A DNA stretch of 64,000 nucleotides, from the NCBI GenBank assembly GCA_037447605.1, contig CM074818.1, positions 1,624,617 through 1,688,616 on the forward strand. Direction: 5' to 3'. Shown in pieces: positions 12,129 through 25,249 of the stretch. The notes under the pieces were generated by a model. It did no database searches. It was given only the letters and a program-made list of their open reading frames with translations, and was not told the origin of the DNA. The stretch's first letter is position 1. Each line of letters begins with the position of its first letter. This stretch comes from Zygnema circumcarinatum SAG 698-1b (lineage: Eukaryota > Plantae > Zygnematophyceae). Made by a program: the position numbers and the translations under genes.

Positions 12129-15100
12129 CTATCTTCTTGCATAGGGGTTTACTCCAACCAGTGTGTCTGCCGGATCTAACATCCAGTCCTCCAGCACGCC
12201 CTGCTTCTCACAAAAGTACACATAAAGGGACTTAAATCAGGAGAGCAAAAAACCCCAAGTTGCTGAACTATGATGCGGAACCATTCAGCCCTACTGATTC
12301 TGAAATTCATACTCAACAGCTAGGGAGTGGTTCATCGTTCACTAGAATGCCCCTCTATATTTCTTTGTTTGAGAGTGGATTAAGTATAAGACAAGGAGAA
12401 AACTTTCCAATGATAGGCAAGGCTCTGATGAAGGATCTCACCTTCCCTTGTCGCAGAATCACAGGGAGGTCTCCTGTCATGTCGATCACTGTGGAGGGAT
12501 CGGCAATCCGGACACCCCCATCTACTACGAAGTCCACTCTCTGAGTAAATGCAGGGAGGGAGAAGGAGAAAAAAAGTGAATTAAGAAAAGCTGAGAAGGC
12601 ACTATGCACATTGTGAAGAAAATTCACTCTGTTAGAGAAGTGCGCTCGTGGCCTTTTTGGCTGCACTTGTGTGGCACCTTTGGCCAACGAAGAGTCAAAC
12701 ACGGAAAAGGAACAGTTTGAGAATATTGGAAGGAGGAATCAAGGATAATGAGAGAATCACCTCATTAATGTCTAAAGAATCGTAGGACTGAGCGATAACG
12801 GCAGGATCTAGAAGCCATTCGTCCTCTGCTTGCTGAGTCATACTGCACCAACAACAGCAACGAAAGTAACAGACTTGAGAACTGAGGGTAATGAGTTATG
12901 TCCTTGACAGATTGTAGAACAAGTTGTGTGCACTAAAACAAGTCCTAGTGATATCCTATTGCGAGGGCAACATTCAACAGTAGTATATTCCACAATAACT
13001 CTGAGATGAAGAACTTGAAAAATAGAACGTTGAAGTAGACGTTCACAAGCATAGATGGGAATAATAACATCCGAACACTAAAACTGCAACTGTGACTAAT
13101 CCATCGACGCAAACATCTGTCCAACCGAGAACAAAGAAAAGCACGATAATTCAAACTGTCCAACAAATTCTCCATGCAGACATCGACGTTTTCCTAACAT
13201 GCAGAGTTCAGAAAAGAAAGTCGGAGTTGGATGTTGTGCAAAGCATGGCATGTCTTCTCCCATGAAAGTACGGCCGAAGAGAACCCCAAAGGCTACCCGC
13301 TCGCAAGTTCACCGACTGTACCTGGTGCAGAGCAAGGGCTCATCAAGCTGCTGCAGCAGCGCCTGACAGATGGCGTCGTTTGGCATGCGAACGCCCACAC
13401 TCTTTCTCGGAGCACATTGCGCAGCAAGGCTTCCTCCAAAGGTGGTGCACTGCGCATGGTTTAGACAAGAAGGCTTTCAGGGGTCCATGGTTTTAAGTTG
13501 CAGGTGGCCATTGTAAGCGGCTAAGCTCAACAACTTTTACATTGTTCTCAAATTCTATATAGTGTTTGCTTACCCCCCAGCACATGAGAACGCTTGGGGA
13601 TCGTCATATCTCCACTAGGCACTCTCGGTTTTATCTCCAATAGTCCAATTAAACTATTAAGCTAAACTGCCAAAAAGGTAAAGTTGGCTCAGATCCCATA
13701 TTGTAGCGTCTCCATCAAGCGCCGCCTGTGCCAGTTTCAAGGAGGGAGAGGGTATTGAAAGGATGACCTATTTCAAGTAACTTGAAAGATTTTGAATGTA
13801 AATGATGGAATCCTTTTCTCGCTGCATTCTCTTTATCATGACGCTGCTCTTTTAACTTAGTGAGAGGCATAAGTCAAGAGGAGGATACTGTGCCTATATT
13901 AAAAAACTACCAGTTAAACTATAAGTTCTATCACTATTCTTGACTATCCTTATAACTATTTTATAACTATTCCTCTATAACTAATTGACAAAGACGAAAA
14001 TCTTGAAGTAGCATAGTTCAGTCTCATCATTGAAAAATCCTCACCTGCTTAGGCATGTCCTTGCTCGCCTTCAGAATAAATGTGTACTGCACAGCTCCCA
14101 GAATTCCTTCCCTCTTTGTCAGAATCAGAGGATATATACTAGTAAGGAGCTTCAAAGGATTGAAAATTCCTTTAAATATCATCTCACCCGGATGCGGAAG
14201 TTCAGACAGCTTCACCTTCAGACAACCGACTCAAAGGACTCGAAGTGGCTGCATTCCTCAACTCAGTCATGATACCTGGAGACAAAACAAAAAGAACTAT
14301 GCTCCCCGCTCCTCTCCTCTCCCCTCTGCCTCTCTCTCCTTCCCCTCCTCTTCGTTAAGCAAGAACTCACAGGGCCTGGGAGGCATTGCCGAGCTGCCCG
14401 AAAAGCGTTAGTCTGCCCATAGCCGTTGCCTCGAGGGAAGCCGAGTGTATATGTGTCGATGTCTTGAAAGGATCGGCAGAGGATGCTGAGGGGCTGTACA
14501 GAAGAATGGCAAGCAAAAAAGGTGCAAAAGGTACAAGAGATCATTCTTTGACGATGCGTCTCAATCTCCACTAAAGTCTCACTGTATTCTCCTCTCCCTT
14601 CCCTATAGCTTTTCTCTCTCTATTTTCTCCCTCACCATTCCTCTTCTCTCTGTCCGAGACTTCTTCGATGAAAGCAGGCATCAACTCTTTGACATGTCCA
14701 TCTCTAAGGGCTTTAGACAAAAAACAAGGGAAGAGATCAAGACCTTTTTCGGGTCCATCTTCTTTAGCCTGCATCAGCACAATACAGCAAATGCCATCGA
14801 TCAAAGCAAGAGCAGCTAGAGCCCTAAGTTGACCTATACTTACCTTTAGGCTGACTAATCTTCAAATTTGCTGGAGATAATTTGGCAGTATTTGCAGATA
14901 CGAATTACACATGAAGGAACCAGAGGATTTTAAGGCTGGGCAGCACATACCTGTATACTCTTTCCACAGCCTCTCGGTTTTTCAGGTCACAAACGATGGC
15001 ATATCTGGATGATGATAATGCAGGACAGCAAGTCAGCTCTGATTAAAGAGTAAGGTCGAACCATCGCTTCACAGCATGGGAATCAAGACAAATTGCACTC

Positions 15101-16240
15101 TATCTGGATACAATCAACAGGCTAAATCACGTCATCTAGCTCCCCCTCTCTCTCTCTCCCTCAGTCTCTTTACCTAAATATTCCATTTTGACAGTGCAAT
15201 TTGATCGCGCTGAATGAAATATGCACATTGTATGAGTAAGACAATAAGCTAAAGATCACCAAGAAACTGTAAATTCGCTCGTACGCTTCCAGCGAATGCA
15301 TTTCAGCCTAAGCGAAACTTCTCCACAACAAAACTATTGCAGTCTTCCGTTATTTCTATGTCATCTTTTGGTCAAAAGCTAACAAAAAAGTTTGGCAATA
15401 TCCTTGTATGCAACACACTCAATCGTTCTATGAGCCAATGACACCATCTCAATAAAGAACGGACAAGAAACATAATAAACGAGGTTCTCTAAGAAGTAGC
15501 TGCACACCAAGGCCAATAAAATCCCTTCGAAATTAAGGATCAGATTGCTGGCATGCGTAAGTATAGAGTGTAGAGTGAAGAAGGAAACATTGAAACAGCG
15601 AAGGAAATATATGGCATTGGCAGGCCTCACACAGTATCCGTAGGAATGACTCCGACGGCTCCATTTTTTATCATTGCAGCGATGAGGGGCAGGCGTGTTG
15701 CATCGACGCCGGAGGGATCAAGTTCAAGGTACACCAAATCACCATTCTAAAGCAACCTTCCAACAAAAATAAGTAAGCAACGCTCCACTAATATGTACAA
15801 CAATATTACAGCAATCAGAATAATGCACAACCATGTAGAATGATGTACAATGTAAGCATTCAAACTATCAATAATCTGCAAGAGACTTACAACTTATGAT
15901 ATTCCAAACGCCTAAAAGAAGAAAGACGGAGGAGATTATATAGTGAAATGTATACCTTTCTATTACCAGCTGCAGCGTACTTCAATCTTTTAGGGCTCCT
16001 CTTAACCACGGCCTGCACAGAAGTTGCAGCTCCTCCACAGGAACCTTTATCGGGTCCAAACGCACATTCCTGAGATCTCCCTACTGACCGGGATACCAAA
16101 AAATGACCTAAAAAACTGCTCCTTTTTCCATGTATTCTTCCAAAGCATGGCGCTCTAAGGTCAGCTTTCTGCGGAGCTTGCTTCCAAGAACAATCAGCTC
16201 CCGAAGGGATCCCAAACGAGAGCACCGATTTAGAAAACAT
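12129..16240 (-). CDS. YrdC/Sua5 (TsaC)-domain protein, plant plastid-type, about 341 aa
   Basis: 10 in-phase exons on the minus strand: 16240-15956, 15746-15631, 15004-14951, 14768-14744, 14493-14371, 14086-14045, 13449-13322, 12842-12761, 12540-12442, 12200-12129. Motifs KRSPKRLKY, GAVGVIPTDTVYAIVCD, KPLSILC, LPGPYTFIL, RKSVGVRMP, LLCTS and VDGGVRIADPSTVIDMT match the YrdC family. The Ser/Arg-rich N-terminus resembles a transit peptide. Confidence 0.93.
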
Positions 16241-18059
16241 TGCTCTTAGTTGAACGCGGCTCTATTTTTAAAATCTATCACTTTAGTTAGAATCTGATTA
16301 CAAACACTTTGCAAATACACACCGCTTTGATTACGACGAGACAGATGCTACTCACCCTCCCTCCCTCCCCACTCTCTGTGTGCAGGAATGGCCGCGGTCA
16401 CGGCTCCTGCGAGAGTTTCACACAGGCTGTGTCACCATTGCTGGAGCCCTGTCACGAGGTTAATGACGTGTCAATCACTGATTGGAAATATCCAGAAAGG
16501 TCAGCAAATTAATTGGTGCCCACCGGATTTAAAGTGGGAGCCGCTTCTTGACATTTAACGGATAGAAGCACGTCTTATATCTCCTTTCCGCACACCTGAT
16601 TGGTCCAAACCTCCTGTTTTATTTAAATACAGTACGTACAGTATGGAAACGTACCATAGCTGTACGGTAGGATCCATGGAGATGGCCCTCCATGAGGGAG
16701 CCGCACGCTAGGGCACAACTCTTGCAGTAAATCCACAGCTTGAGAGCTAAAAACACCACATGAAAGGTAGAGACACATCCATAGGGATTTAGCGGCACCT
16801 GCCAAGAGGTCCAAGTGCGATGTGATGGTTCATGGTTCCATCAAATAACAAATTGCGGAAAGCCCACACCTTTGTTCCGCGTCAAGTCAAGCCGAGTGAA
16901 GCCTTGGCCAAGTCTTTACAATAACTCCAATTTTGCACATCGGTCAGGCAAAACATTATCAGTCGACGGTGGAGGATAGTCCTGAACAATAACCCATTCA
17001 TGACATTGTTCTATGGCAGAAGAAAAGAATAAAAATCGAGAACCGCATTGAAAAAGTAACAAAAAAGTAATATAAAGTGGCTGAAAGGAAAGTGCGTTGT
17101 TTGCTGCAGAAACAATCGTGGAACTTTGATCGGCACGCTGGTGAGTCTCTCAAATTTTTTTTTTTTTTTTTTTTTTGGCGCCAAAAAGGACAAAGCAGCA
17201 AGTTTCTTCTAGCATATGAGTGGGACAGCCATTCTATTGTTCAAAGTTTTGTTGTAGTGCTTCTTTTGTTTTCCCTTACTTTGTCGCAGAGATTATGTGA
17301 AAGGCTTTAAATGGTGAGGCTTTTTACAACCCTAAAGCAGGTCGGACCATTGGGTAGCAATCATTGGCCCAAAAGACATTGTCTGCCAAAGGTTGGCTGG
17401 TCCATGGTTTGTCAACCACTGGTCCAATGCTTGCAACCGTTGAAAGCGGCTGGCTGGATCAGCCAATTATTGGTTGCAGCTATGGCAATGGCTGGCTTGG
17501 TCTCCCAATCAATGGTCGCAACCATTGGCAATGGGATGTTGAGTCCGCCAAGCAATGCCATTGCAACAATTGGTAACGTTTGGCTGGGTCCAATGGTTGG
17601 CTGGTTGGCCCTGCATCCACGACACGGATCCACACTGCGATTTTGGGGAATTGCAAATCGCGTGGGCCCCATTCTCCTATCAGCACCATTAAAACATGAA
17701 AGCTTAATCTTACACTCACCACAAAACATTTTCGTAAAAAATAAATTCTTTGAAGAAATCCGAAGGAAGAACACAATCATTCTTGAGTCTGATGAGTGTT
17801 TGAAAGCAAAGTTCCGTTACTGTCTGTCCCGTCTCTCTCTCTCCTCCCTGCCTACCTCCTCCGCCCTGCCCACTGTATGCTCCTGCGTCCCCAACCACAC
17901 CCTCCCTCTCTTGCTACTCCTCTCCCGCTCTCGGCCTCGGCCCATGCAAAAGACTAATCCAATATTTGAAAATAAAAAATATAAATAATCCAATATTCTC
18001 TCACTCCCTCTGTCTTTCCTTGTCGAGCACCGCGAATATCGACGGCCGACGTTTCCTTT

Positions 18060-18393
18060 TGAAGAATCGAACGGCTGTGGAAGTACTTGCCGTACTTGCT
18101 GTACTAGCCGTTACGGGCTTCAGCAAAACTCACCGAATCTTCCCGCACGTGCCGCCGTAAGAGGCGCTCGCTCGTCTTTCCTCCTCCTTGGCTCCGATAC
18201 GAAGCGATACGATACGATACTGAACGACACGGTACGATATGGTACGGTACGATACGTACGGTCCAACATAAACTCTAACATGAACTCTAACAATACCGCC
18301 CGTCTATTGGTAACACGAACCTTCTATTTGAAAAAAACAATATTTTCGCCTCATATTTGCCAAAACCATGGCGAAAATATGAGGACTGTTGAC
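18060..18393. repeat. Dispersed repeat module, homologous to 38130-38440
   Basis: Shared GTACTTGCTGTACTAGCCGTTACGGGCTT...GCCGCCGTAAGAGGCGCTCGCTC, (TACGA)n and CATGGCGAAAATATGAGGAC. The module at 16625-16820 likewise matches 38450-38615. Confidence 0.85.
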
Positions 18394-19235
18394 CAGGATT
18401 CGTCAAATAGGGGATTTCGGCTTAAGATAGGGGACTGTCCCCTAAATTGGTTTTGTAAAAACACGTAAATATGGACTGTACGGACGAAACCGTACACGTA
18501 CGGACGAGACAGGAATACAGGAAGACAAGAATTGTTTGGGAGAAAGTCAAGTTTCGAAAGAGGTTGACAGACTTTTCATTGGAAGGAATTCTTCACTGCA
18601 AACAGTTTGATAGTTTGACCGCTCTTCAAGGGTCTCTTTGAGTAGTTTGCATCACTTCTATAGCTGTCTTGTTCAGCCTAAAACTCCTAAGGGAGTGGGA
18701 CCATTTTTCATTTCATTTCTAATTTTAGTTCCTATTTCAGTTTTTCTTTTGAGACTACACCTAGAATTTCAGAGGTTATGATTTGGAATAGAGTTTTTGT
18801 GAGGAAATTTCAAGACTATGATGGATTCTAAAGTGATACTTGGAGTAATTAATGATGGATGGAAAAGGAAATAGAGAGCTTAGGATTGGATCTACAAAGT
18901 TTTCGAGCAATTGGGTTTTTGAATAAGCAACTATATGTTGTGATTGCCTAATGCACAGTTGTTCTAATTGATTGGTAAAATTTACCAATCTATAAGAGTC
19001 GAAGAGGTTGCACCAGTTTCTAAAGCCGTGTTGTTATACCAACAAGTAAAGTTCATATACATCATTGCTATCGTTGTTGCAAATGCAATTCATTTCCTTT
19101 TTTTTTTTAACCAAAAAAATGCTTTTTTGGGGCTTGTGTGGTATTTAAGTTGAAATCACGTAAACTAATCTCAAAATCTTACATAAATAAGCTATTTACG
19201 ATATTTAGGGGATCTCCCCTATTTGACGAACCCTG
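18394..19235. mobile_element. Non-autonomous hAT-type DNA transposon (842 bp)
   Basis: 21-bp TIRs CAGG(A/G)TTCGTCAAATAGGGGA at 18394-18414 and 19215-19235 (1 mismatch). Perfect 8-bp TSD CTGTTGAC at 18386-18393 and 19236-19243. Confidence 0.9.
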
Positions 19236-19934
19236 CTGTTGACTGTAGGTGTGTACGAAGTACGAACCCTAGTGAGCATGTGTACGGACAATTTGATATG
19301 TACGGTCAAGTCGATATCTGACGATATTTGTCGATAATGTGTACGGTCGTAATATATTTGTAACGCATATTCCAATACGTGGGTGGATAATATCGACATT
19401 TCGAATATATAGTAACAATCAGGGTTTTTCAACGTCATTATATCCGTAATGGCGTCACTACTGGCGCAGGATCTGCAGTGGTGCAATTCCGTTCCCGGAA
19501 AAAAAGTCAGTATATCCATGCTGTTCGTATAAACAGTGTCACTATAACGTGATAAGACTGTACATCGCCCAGGGAATCATTTCTGGAGTAGAGGATTTGG
19601 AGTTTTGGGCAGCGCATCACGACAAAGGAGATAATGTCGGGTGAACAAGGAGCCGACATATTGCCACCGATCGGAAGGCCGAGAGCGGCCCCATCGTCGC
19701 ATCGCACGGCGGTGATTCGCCGCACACCTGGCCTTGAACCCCGTCCCAGGCCCCCGTGTGGCGGGGCCCGAGGCACAGCCACTGATCGGACGGCCGAGAG
19801 TGAGTCGATCTCCGCCGCCCGCCCTCCTTGACTTGAGCCTTCCCTATGTCCAGCGGCGGTCCTTCTCCTCGCAACGGATTGGAGGGAGAGAGGGAGGGAC
19901 GGAAGGAAGGAAGGCGGGCGAAGGGGCGGCAGCC

Positions 19935-22900
19935 ATGGCCACGGCCCTCGCGAGCGCGCTCCTCCTCTGCGCTGCATTCGCGGGTGTCGCTCTCTCCGCA
20001 CGTACGGCTCCCGCCCGCCCTCTCTCGTCCTCTCCTTCCGTCTCTTGTCTCCATCTGACTGTTTTACAGATCTGTGCTTCTATCACAACACTGCTGTGAT
20101 TTTTTTTCCTCGATCGTTTCCTTTCCGATGCTTCACCATTCTTCATTCTGATGTTTTGGGAATGATTTCAAGTTGAAATTTCTCCTAGAATGCTCTTTCC
20201 AAGTGGATTGGTTTCATTCAGTACTTTCCCTTCTACCAGCTACGCAACAGATGCATTGCTCTTCCACATATTTCCGATCTTCATCTTTTTGGTGATGCAG
20301 CACTTACTCCTCCGACGGCCTTCACCTATGTGGGGTTCAACGCCAGCCAACCGCCCATCATGCAAGGCAACACACGAATCGTTGGCAGCAGCCTGCAGCT
20401 TACAGGCATGGTCCAAGCCGTATCTGGCAATGCATTCCATCCGGATCAGGTGACCTTGCTCCGAGAAACAACGACTGGAGGTTGCCAAGCAGCTTCGTTT
20501 AAGGCGAGGTTCTCATTTCTCATCTCCAACAACTTTACTTTCTGTCACGGGGATGGCCTTACTTTCAATTTTGTTGCTTCTAATGCGGACTTGAGCAAGA
20601 TTGGGTTAGACACAGGCTCGAGCCTCGGGTACTCGTACGAAGGATCGACCGAAGTTGGTTCCATAGCAGTCGCATTTGACACGGCCTCAAATCCAGAGAA
20701 CAATGATCCTGATGGAAGACATGTTGGAATACTTGAAAACCTGAATCTCACGACTATCGCATCTGGAACTACTTCCCTCCTTGACGACTTGTCGCCAACC
20801 TCGACGAAGTATGCATGGGTGCAATACAACAGCGATACCAGCAAGTGGTCCATATTTTTGAGCGATGGCGACAGCAAGCCTGCTGACCCCGTCCTCAGCT
20901 ACACCAAGTCCCTTTGCAGCATCCTTCGGCCGCCCAACTGTGCGGACTGCGCCGATGTGACGTCGGCCTTCGTTGGATTCACCGCTTCAACGGGATATTG
21001 CTATGATGCTCATCAGATTTTGTCGTGGAGCTTTGAGAGCAGCTGGACAGGTGCGCTGCCTACTCCTTCATCTCCACGAGAGATTCTTGCCATGATTGAG
21101 AACTGCGATAGAGGAAGGCTCTATGCCTTCAAGTAGTTTTCCTCTCACTTTGTTTGGTAGCATTGAAAGAAGATGATATTTTAAGACTTAGCAGTCCTGA
21201 GAGACGGGGATCAATGCATAAAAGTACTCATGAAGGCACCGTGCGTGGTTTACTCGTTATTTTTCGTGTTCAGCGTAAACTTTCAGGAATGAACTAAACA
21301 CTCGTATTATGTGTATCTAATGTGTTGATTATGAGTCATAGTATGTAGTCACTAGTCTTGAACAGCAAAAACTCATTATCTCTCTTCCACTTATTTCCGA
21401 TCTTCATCTTTTTGGTGATGCAGCACTTACTCCGACGGCCTTCACCTATGTGGGGTTCAACGCCAGTCAACCGCCCATCATGCAAGGCAACACAGGAATC
21501 GTTGGCAGCAGGCTGCAGCTTACAGACATGGTCCAAGCCGTATTTGGCAATGCATTCCATCCGGATCAGGTGACCTTGCTCCGAGAAACAACGACTGGAG
21601 GTTGCCAAGCAGCTTCGTTTAAGGCGAGGTTCTCATTTCTCATCTCCAACAACTTCACTTTCTGTGACGGGGATGGCCTTACTTTCAATTTTGTTGCATC
21701 CAATGCGGACTTGAGCAAGATTGGGTTCGTCAGAGGCTCGAGCCTCGGGTACTCGTACCCAGGATCGACCACAGTTGGTTCCATAGCAGTCGCATTTGAC
21801 ACGCTCTCAAATCCAGAGTTCAATAATCCTGATGGCAGTCATGTTGGAATACTTGAAAATCTGAATTTCACGACTATCGCATCTGGAACTACTTCCCTCC
21901 TTGCAGACTTGTCGCCAACCTCGACGAAGTATGCATGGGTGCAATACAACGGCGATACCAGCAAGTGGTCCATATTCTTGAGCGATGCCGACAGCAGGCC
22001 TGCTGACCCCGTCCTCAGCTACACCAAGTCCCTTTGCAGCATCCTTCGGCCGCCCAACTGTGCGGACTGCGCCGATGTGACGTCGGCCTTCGTTGGATTC
22101 ACCGCTTCAACGGGATATTGCTATGATGCTCATCAGATTTTGTCGTGGAGCTTTGAGAGCAGCTGGACAGGTGCGTTGCCTAATCCTTCATCTCCACGAG
22201 AGATTCTTGCCATGATTGAGAACTGAGATAGAGGAAGGCTCTCGGCCTTCAAGTAGTCTTTCTCTCACTTTGTTTGGTAGCATTGAAAGAACATGATATT
22301 TTAAGTCTTAGTAGTCCTGAGAGATGGGGATCAATGCATAAGAGTACTCATGAAGGCACCGTGCTGATATTTTAAGTCTTAGTAGTCCTGAGAGATGGGG
22401 ATCAATGCATAAAAGTACTCATGAAGGCACCGTGCGTGGTTTACTCGTTTTTTTTCGTGTTGAGCGTAAACTTTCAGGAATGAAGTAAACACTCGTATTA
22501 TGTGTATGCAATGTGTTGATTATGAGTCATAGTAGGTAGTCACTAGTCTTGAACAGCAAAAACTCATTATCTCTTCCACTTATTTCCGATCTTTATCTTT
22601 TTGGTGATGCAGCACTGACTCCGACGGTCTTCACGTATGTGGGTTTCAACGCCAGTCATCCTCCCACCATGCAAGGCAACATAGGAATTGTTGGCAGCAG
22701 GCTGCAGCTTACAGGCATGGTGCAATCCGTATCTGGCAATGCATTCCATCCGGAACAGGTGAACTTGCTCCGAGAAACAACGACTGGAGGTTGCCAAGCA
22801 GCGTCGTTCAGGGCGAGGTTCTCGTTTCTCATCTCCAACAACTTCACTTTCTGTGACGGGGATGGCCTTACTTTCACTTTTGTTGCTTCCAATGCGGACT

Positions 22901-24079
22901 TGAGCAAGATTGGGTCCGTCACAGGCGGGACCCTCGGGTACTCGTACGAAGGATCGACCACAGTTGGTTCCATAGCAGTCGCATTTGACACGGTCTCAAA
23001 TTCAGACAACAATGATCCTGATGGAAGACATGTTGGAATACTTGAGAACCTGAGTTTCACAACTATCGCATCTGAAACTACGTCCCTCCTTGACGACTCA
23101 TCGCCAACCTCGACGAAGAATGCATGGGTGCACTACAACGGCGATACCAGTCAGTGGTCCATATTCTTGAGCGATGGCGACAGCAAGCCTGCTGACCCCG
23201 TCCTCAGCTACACCAAGTCCCTTTGCAGCATCCTTCGGCCGCCCAACTGTGCGGACTGCGCCGATGTGACGTCTGCCTTCGTTGGATTCACCGCTTCAAC
23301 GGGGTACTGCTATGNNNNNNNNNNTGATGCAGCACTGACTCCGACGGTCTTCACGTATGTGGGTTTCAACGCCAGTCATCCTCCCACCATGCAAGGCAAC
23401 ATAGGAATTGTTGGCAGCAGGCTGCAGCTTACAGGCATGGTGCAATCCGTATCTGGCAATGCATTCCATCCGGCTCAGGTGACCTTGCTCCGAAATAAAA
23501 CAACTGGAGGTTGCCAAGCAGCTTCTTTAAAGGTGAGGTTCTCGTTCCTCATTTTCAACGACTTCACTTTCTGTGATGGAGATGGCCTTACTTTCACTTT
23601 TGTTGCTTCCAATGCGGACTTGAGCAAGATTGGGTCCGTCACAGGCGGGACCCTCGGGTACTCGTACGAAGGATCGACCACAGTTGGTTCCATAGCAGTC
23701 GCATTTGACACGGTCTCAAATTCAGACAACAATGATCCTGATGGAAGACATGTTGGAATACTTGAGAACCTGAATTTCACAACTATCGCATCTGAAACTA
23801 CGTCCCTCCTTGACGACTTGTCGCCAACCTCGACGAAGTATGCATGGGTGCAATACAACGGCGATACCAGCAAGTGGTCCATATTTTTGAGCGATGGCGA
23901 CAGCAAGCCTGCTGACCCCGTCCTCAGCTACACCAAGTCCCTTTGCAGCATCCTTCGGCCGCCCAACTGTGCGGACTGCGCCGATGTGACGTCTGCCTTC
24001 GTTGGATTCACCGCTTCAACGGGGTACTGCTATGATGCGCATCAGATTTTGTCGTGGAGCTTTGAGAGCAGCTGGAGAG
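19935..24079 (+). CDS. Secreted L-type lectin gene A: signal-peptide exon plus four tandem lectin-domain exons
   Basis: SP exon 19935-20001 (MATALASALLLCAAFAGVALSA, phase-1 donor). Lectin exons 20301-21050, 21424-22170, 22613-(gap at 23315) and 23333-24079, each TGATGCAG|CA...TGG-NNN-G|GTGCG. Lectin_legB-like motifs: F-Y-GF, LQLT, ASF..RFSFLI, GDGLTF, IAVAFDT, DP..HVGI, AWVQY, AFVGFTASTG, H.ILSWSF. Which exons are co-spliced is unknown. Confidence 0.8.
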
Positions 24080-24744
24080 GTGCGTTGCCTACTCCCTCAT
24101 CTCCACGAGAGATTCTTGCCATGATTGAACACTGAGGTAGAGGAAGGTTCTCGGCCTTCAAGTAGTCCTTCTCTCACTTTGTTTGGTGGCATTGAAAGAA
24201 GATGATATTCTAAGACTTAGCAGTCCTGAGAGATGGGGATCAATGAATAAAAGTACTCATAAGGGCATCGTGCGTGGTTCTCTCGTTTTTTTTCGGTTTG
24301 AGCGTAAACTTTCAGGAATGAAGTTAGCACTCGTATTTTTTGCATGCAATGTGTTGATTATGAATCATACTAGGTAGTCACTAGTCTTGAACAACAAAAA
24401 CTCATTTTTTTACGGCATAAGGGAACGTGTGATAGCGCATCGGACGGCAGTGCGTTACAGTGGGATGCTTTCCTGCTTGTTTTCTTTCACATGCGCTTGA
24501 ACTGTAGGGTTTTACGATTACATTATAAAGATTATCAAATATTTGTAAATGTACTCCTTTATTCTATTCTCTTTCCCCCTCTCATGTCATCTTCTTTTTT
24601 TTAATGTCGTTCGTAAATGTACATCCGTCACTAAGATGATCCAACCGAGCTAGGAAACTTTTGTTTTAAGCACTGAAATCTTTAACATCTTTAAGCAGGT
24701 AGTTGTATAATGGTTATAATCTTACTTAGTTTACTTTTTGTGGC

Positions 24745-24809
24745 ACCTCCTCCACCACCTTCACCGCCTCCACCTTGCCGGCCGCCTCCTCCTCCACCAC
24801 CAACTCCTC
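24745..24809 (+). pseudogene. Decayed Pro-rich linker exon of gene A
   Basis: Homologous to the gene B linker exon 34145-34261. The donor C|GTAAGAATACTTGG is kept, but the acceptor TTGCAG|CTCC reads TGTGGCACC (no AG). Confidence 0.65.
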
Positions 24810-25249
24810 GTAAGAATACTTGGTTTTTTCTACCTTTCTCCGCATATGGTTGACTGTTTTCCAAGGCTTCCAACTGCGACATGTTCACTCCGTTCTACCG
24901 ATAGAATCAGCAAATTCCTTATTTTAGGCCAAAAACTTGTCGTACATTACCAAAACTTTTAGAGTCTGTGGATTATGTAAGTTTGACGTCACACTTGTTC
25001 CTTCACGAATTACGTTCCAGCTCATGATTGATCTCAGATGTGATGCAAAAATTCTTCGCCCGCTTCTGGCCACGCATGTGATCGTGTCTACACGTTTCAA
25101 GCAATCCATGCTTGCGTTATTTGCACGCTTTGAATAGTCCACATTCACATCTCCTCATATTTAGCCACCTTGTGATGCAGCTCTCACCACCACTTTCTCC
25201 TTCTTCTTCTTTCTTTTTTTTCTTCTTTCTCCTTTTTTCTTTGCACCAG

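Noticed and set aside
20070-20095. Mini-exon between the signal-peptide and first lectin exons
   Set aside because: It gives the wrong phase, and the paralogous segment in gene B contains a stop.
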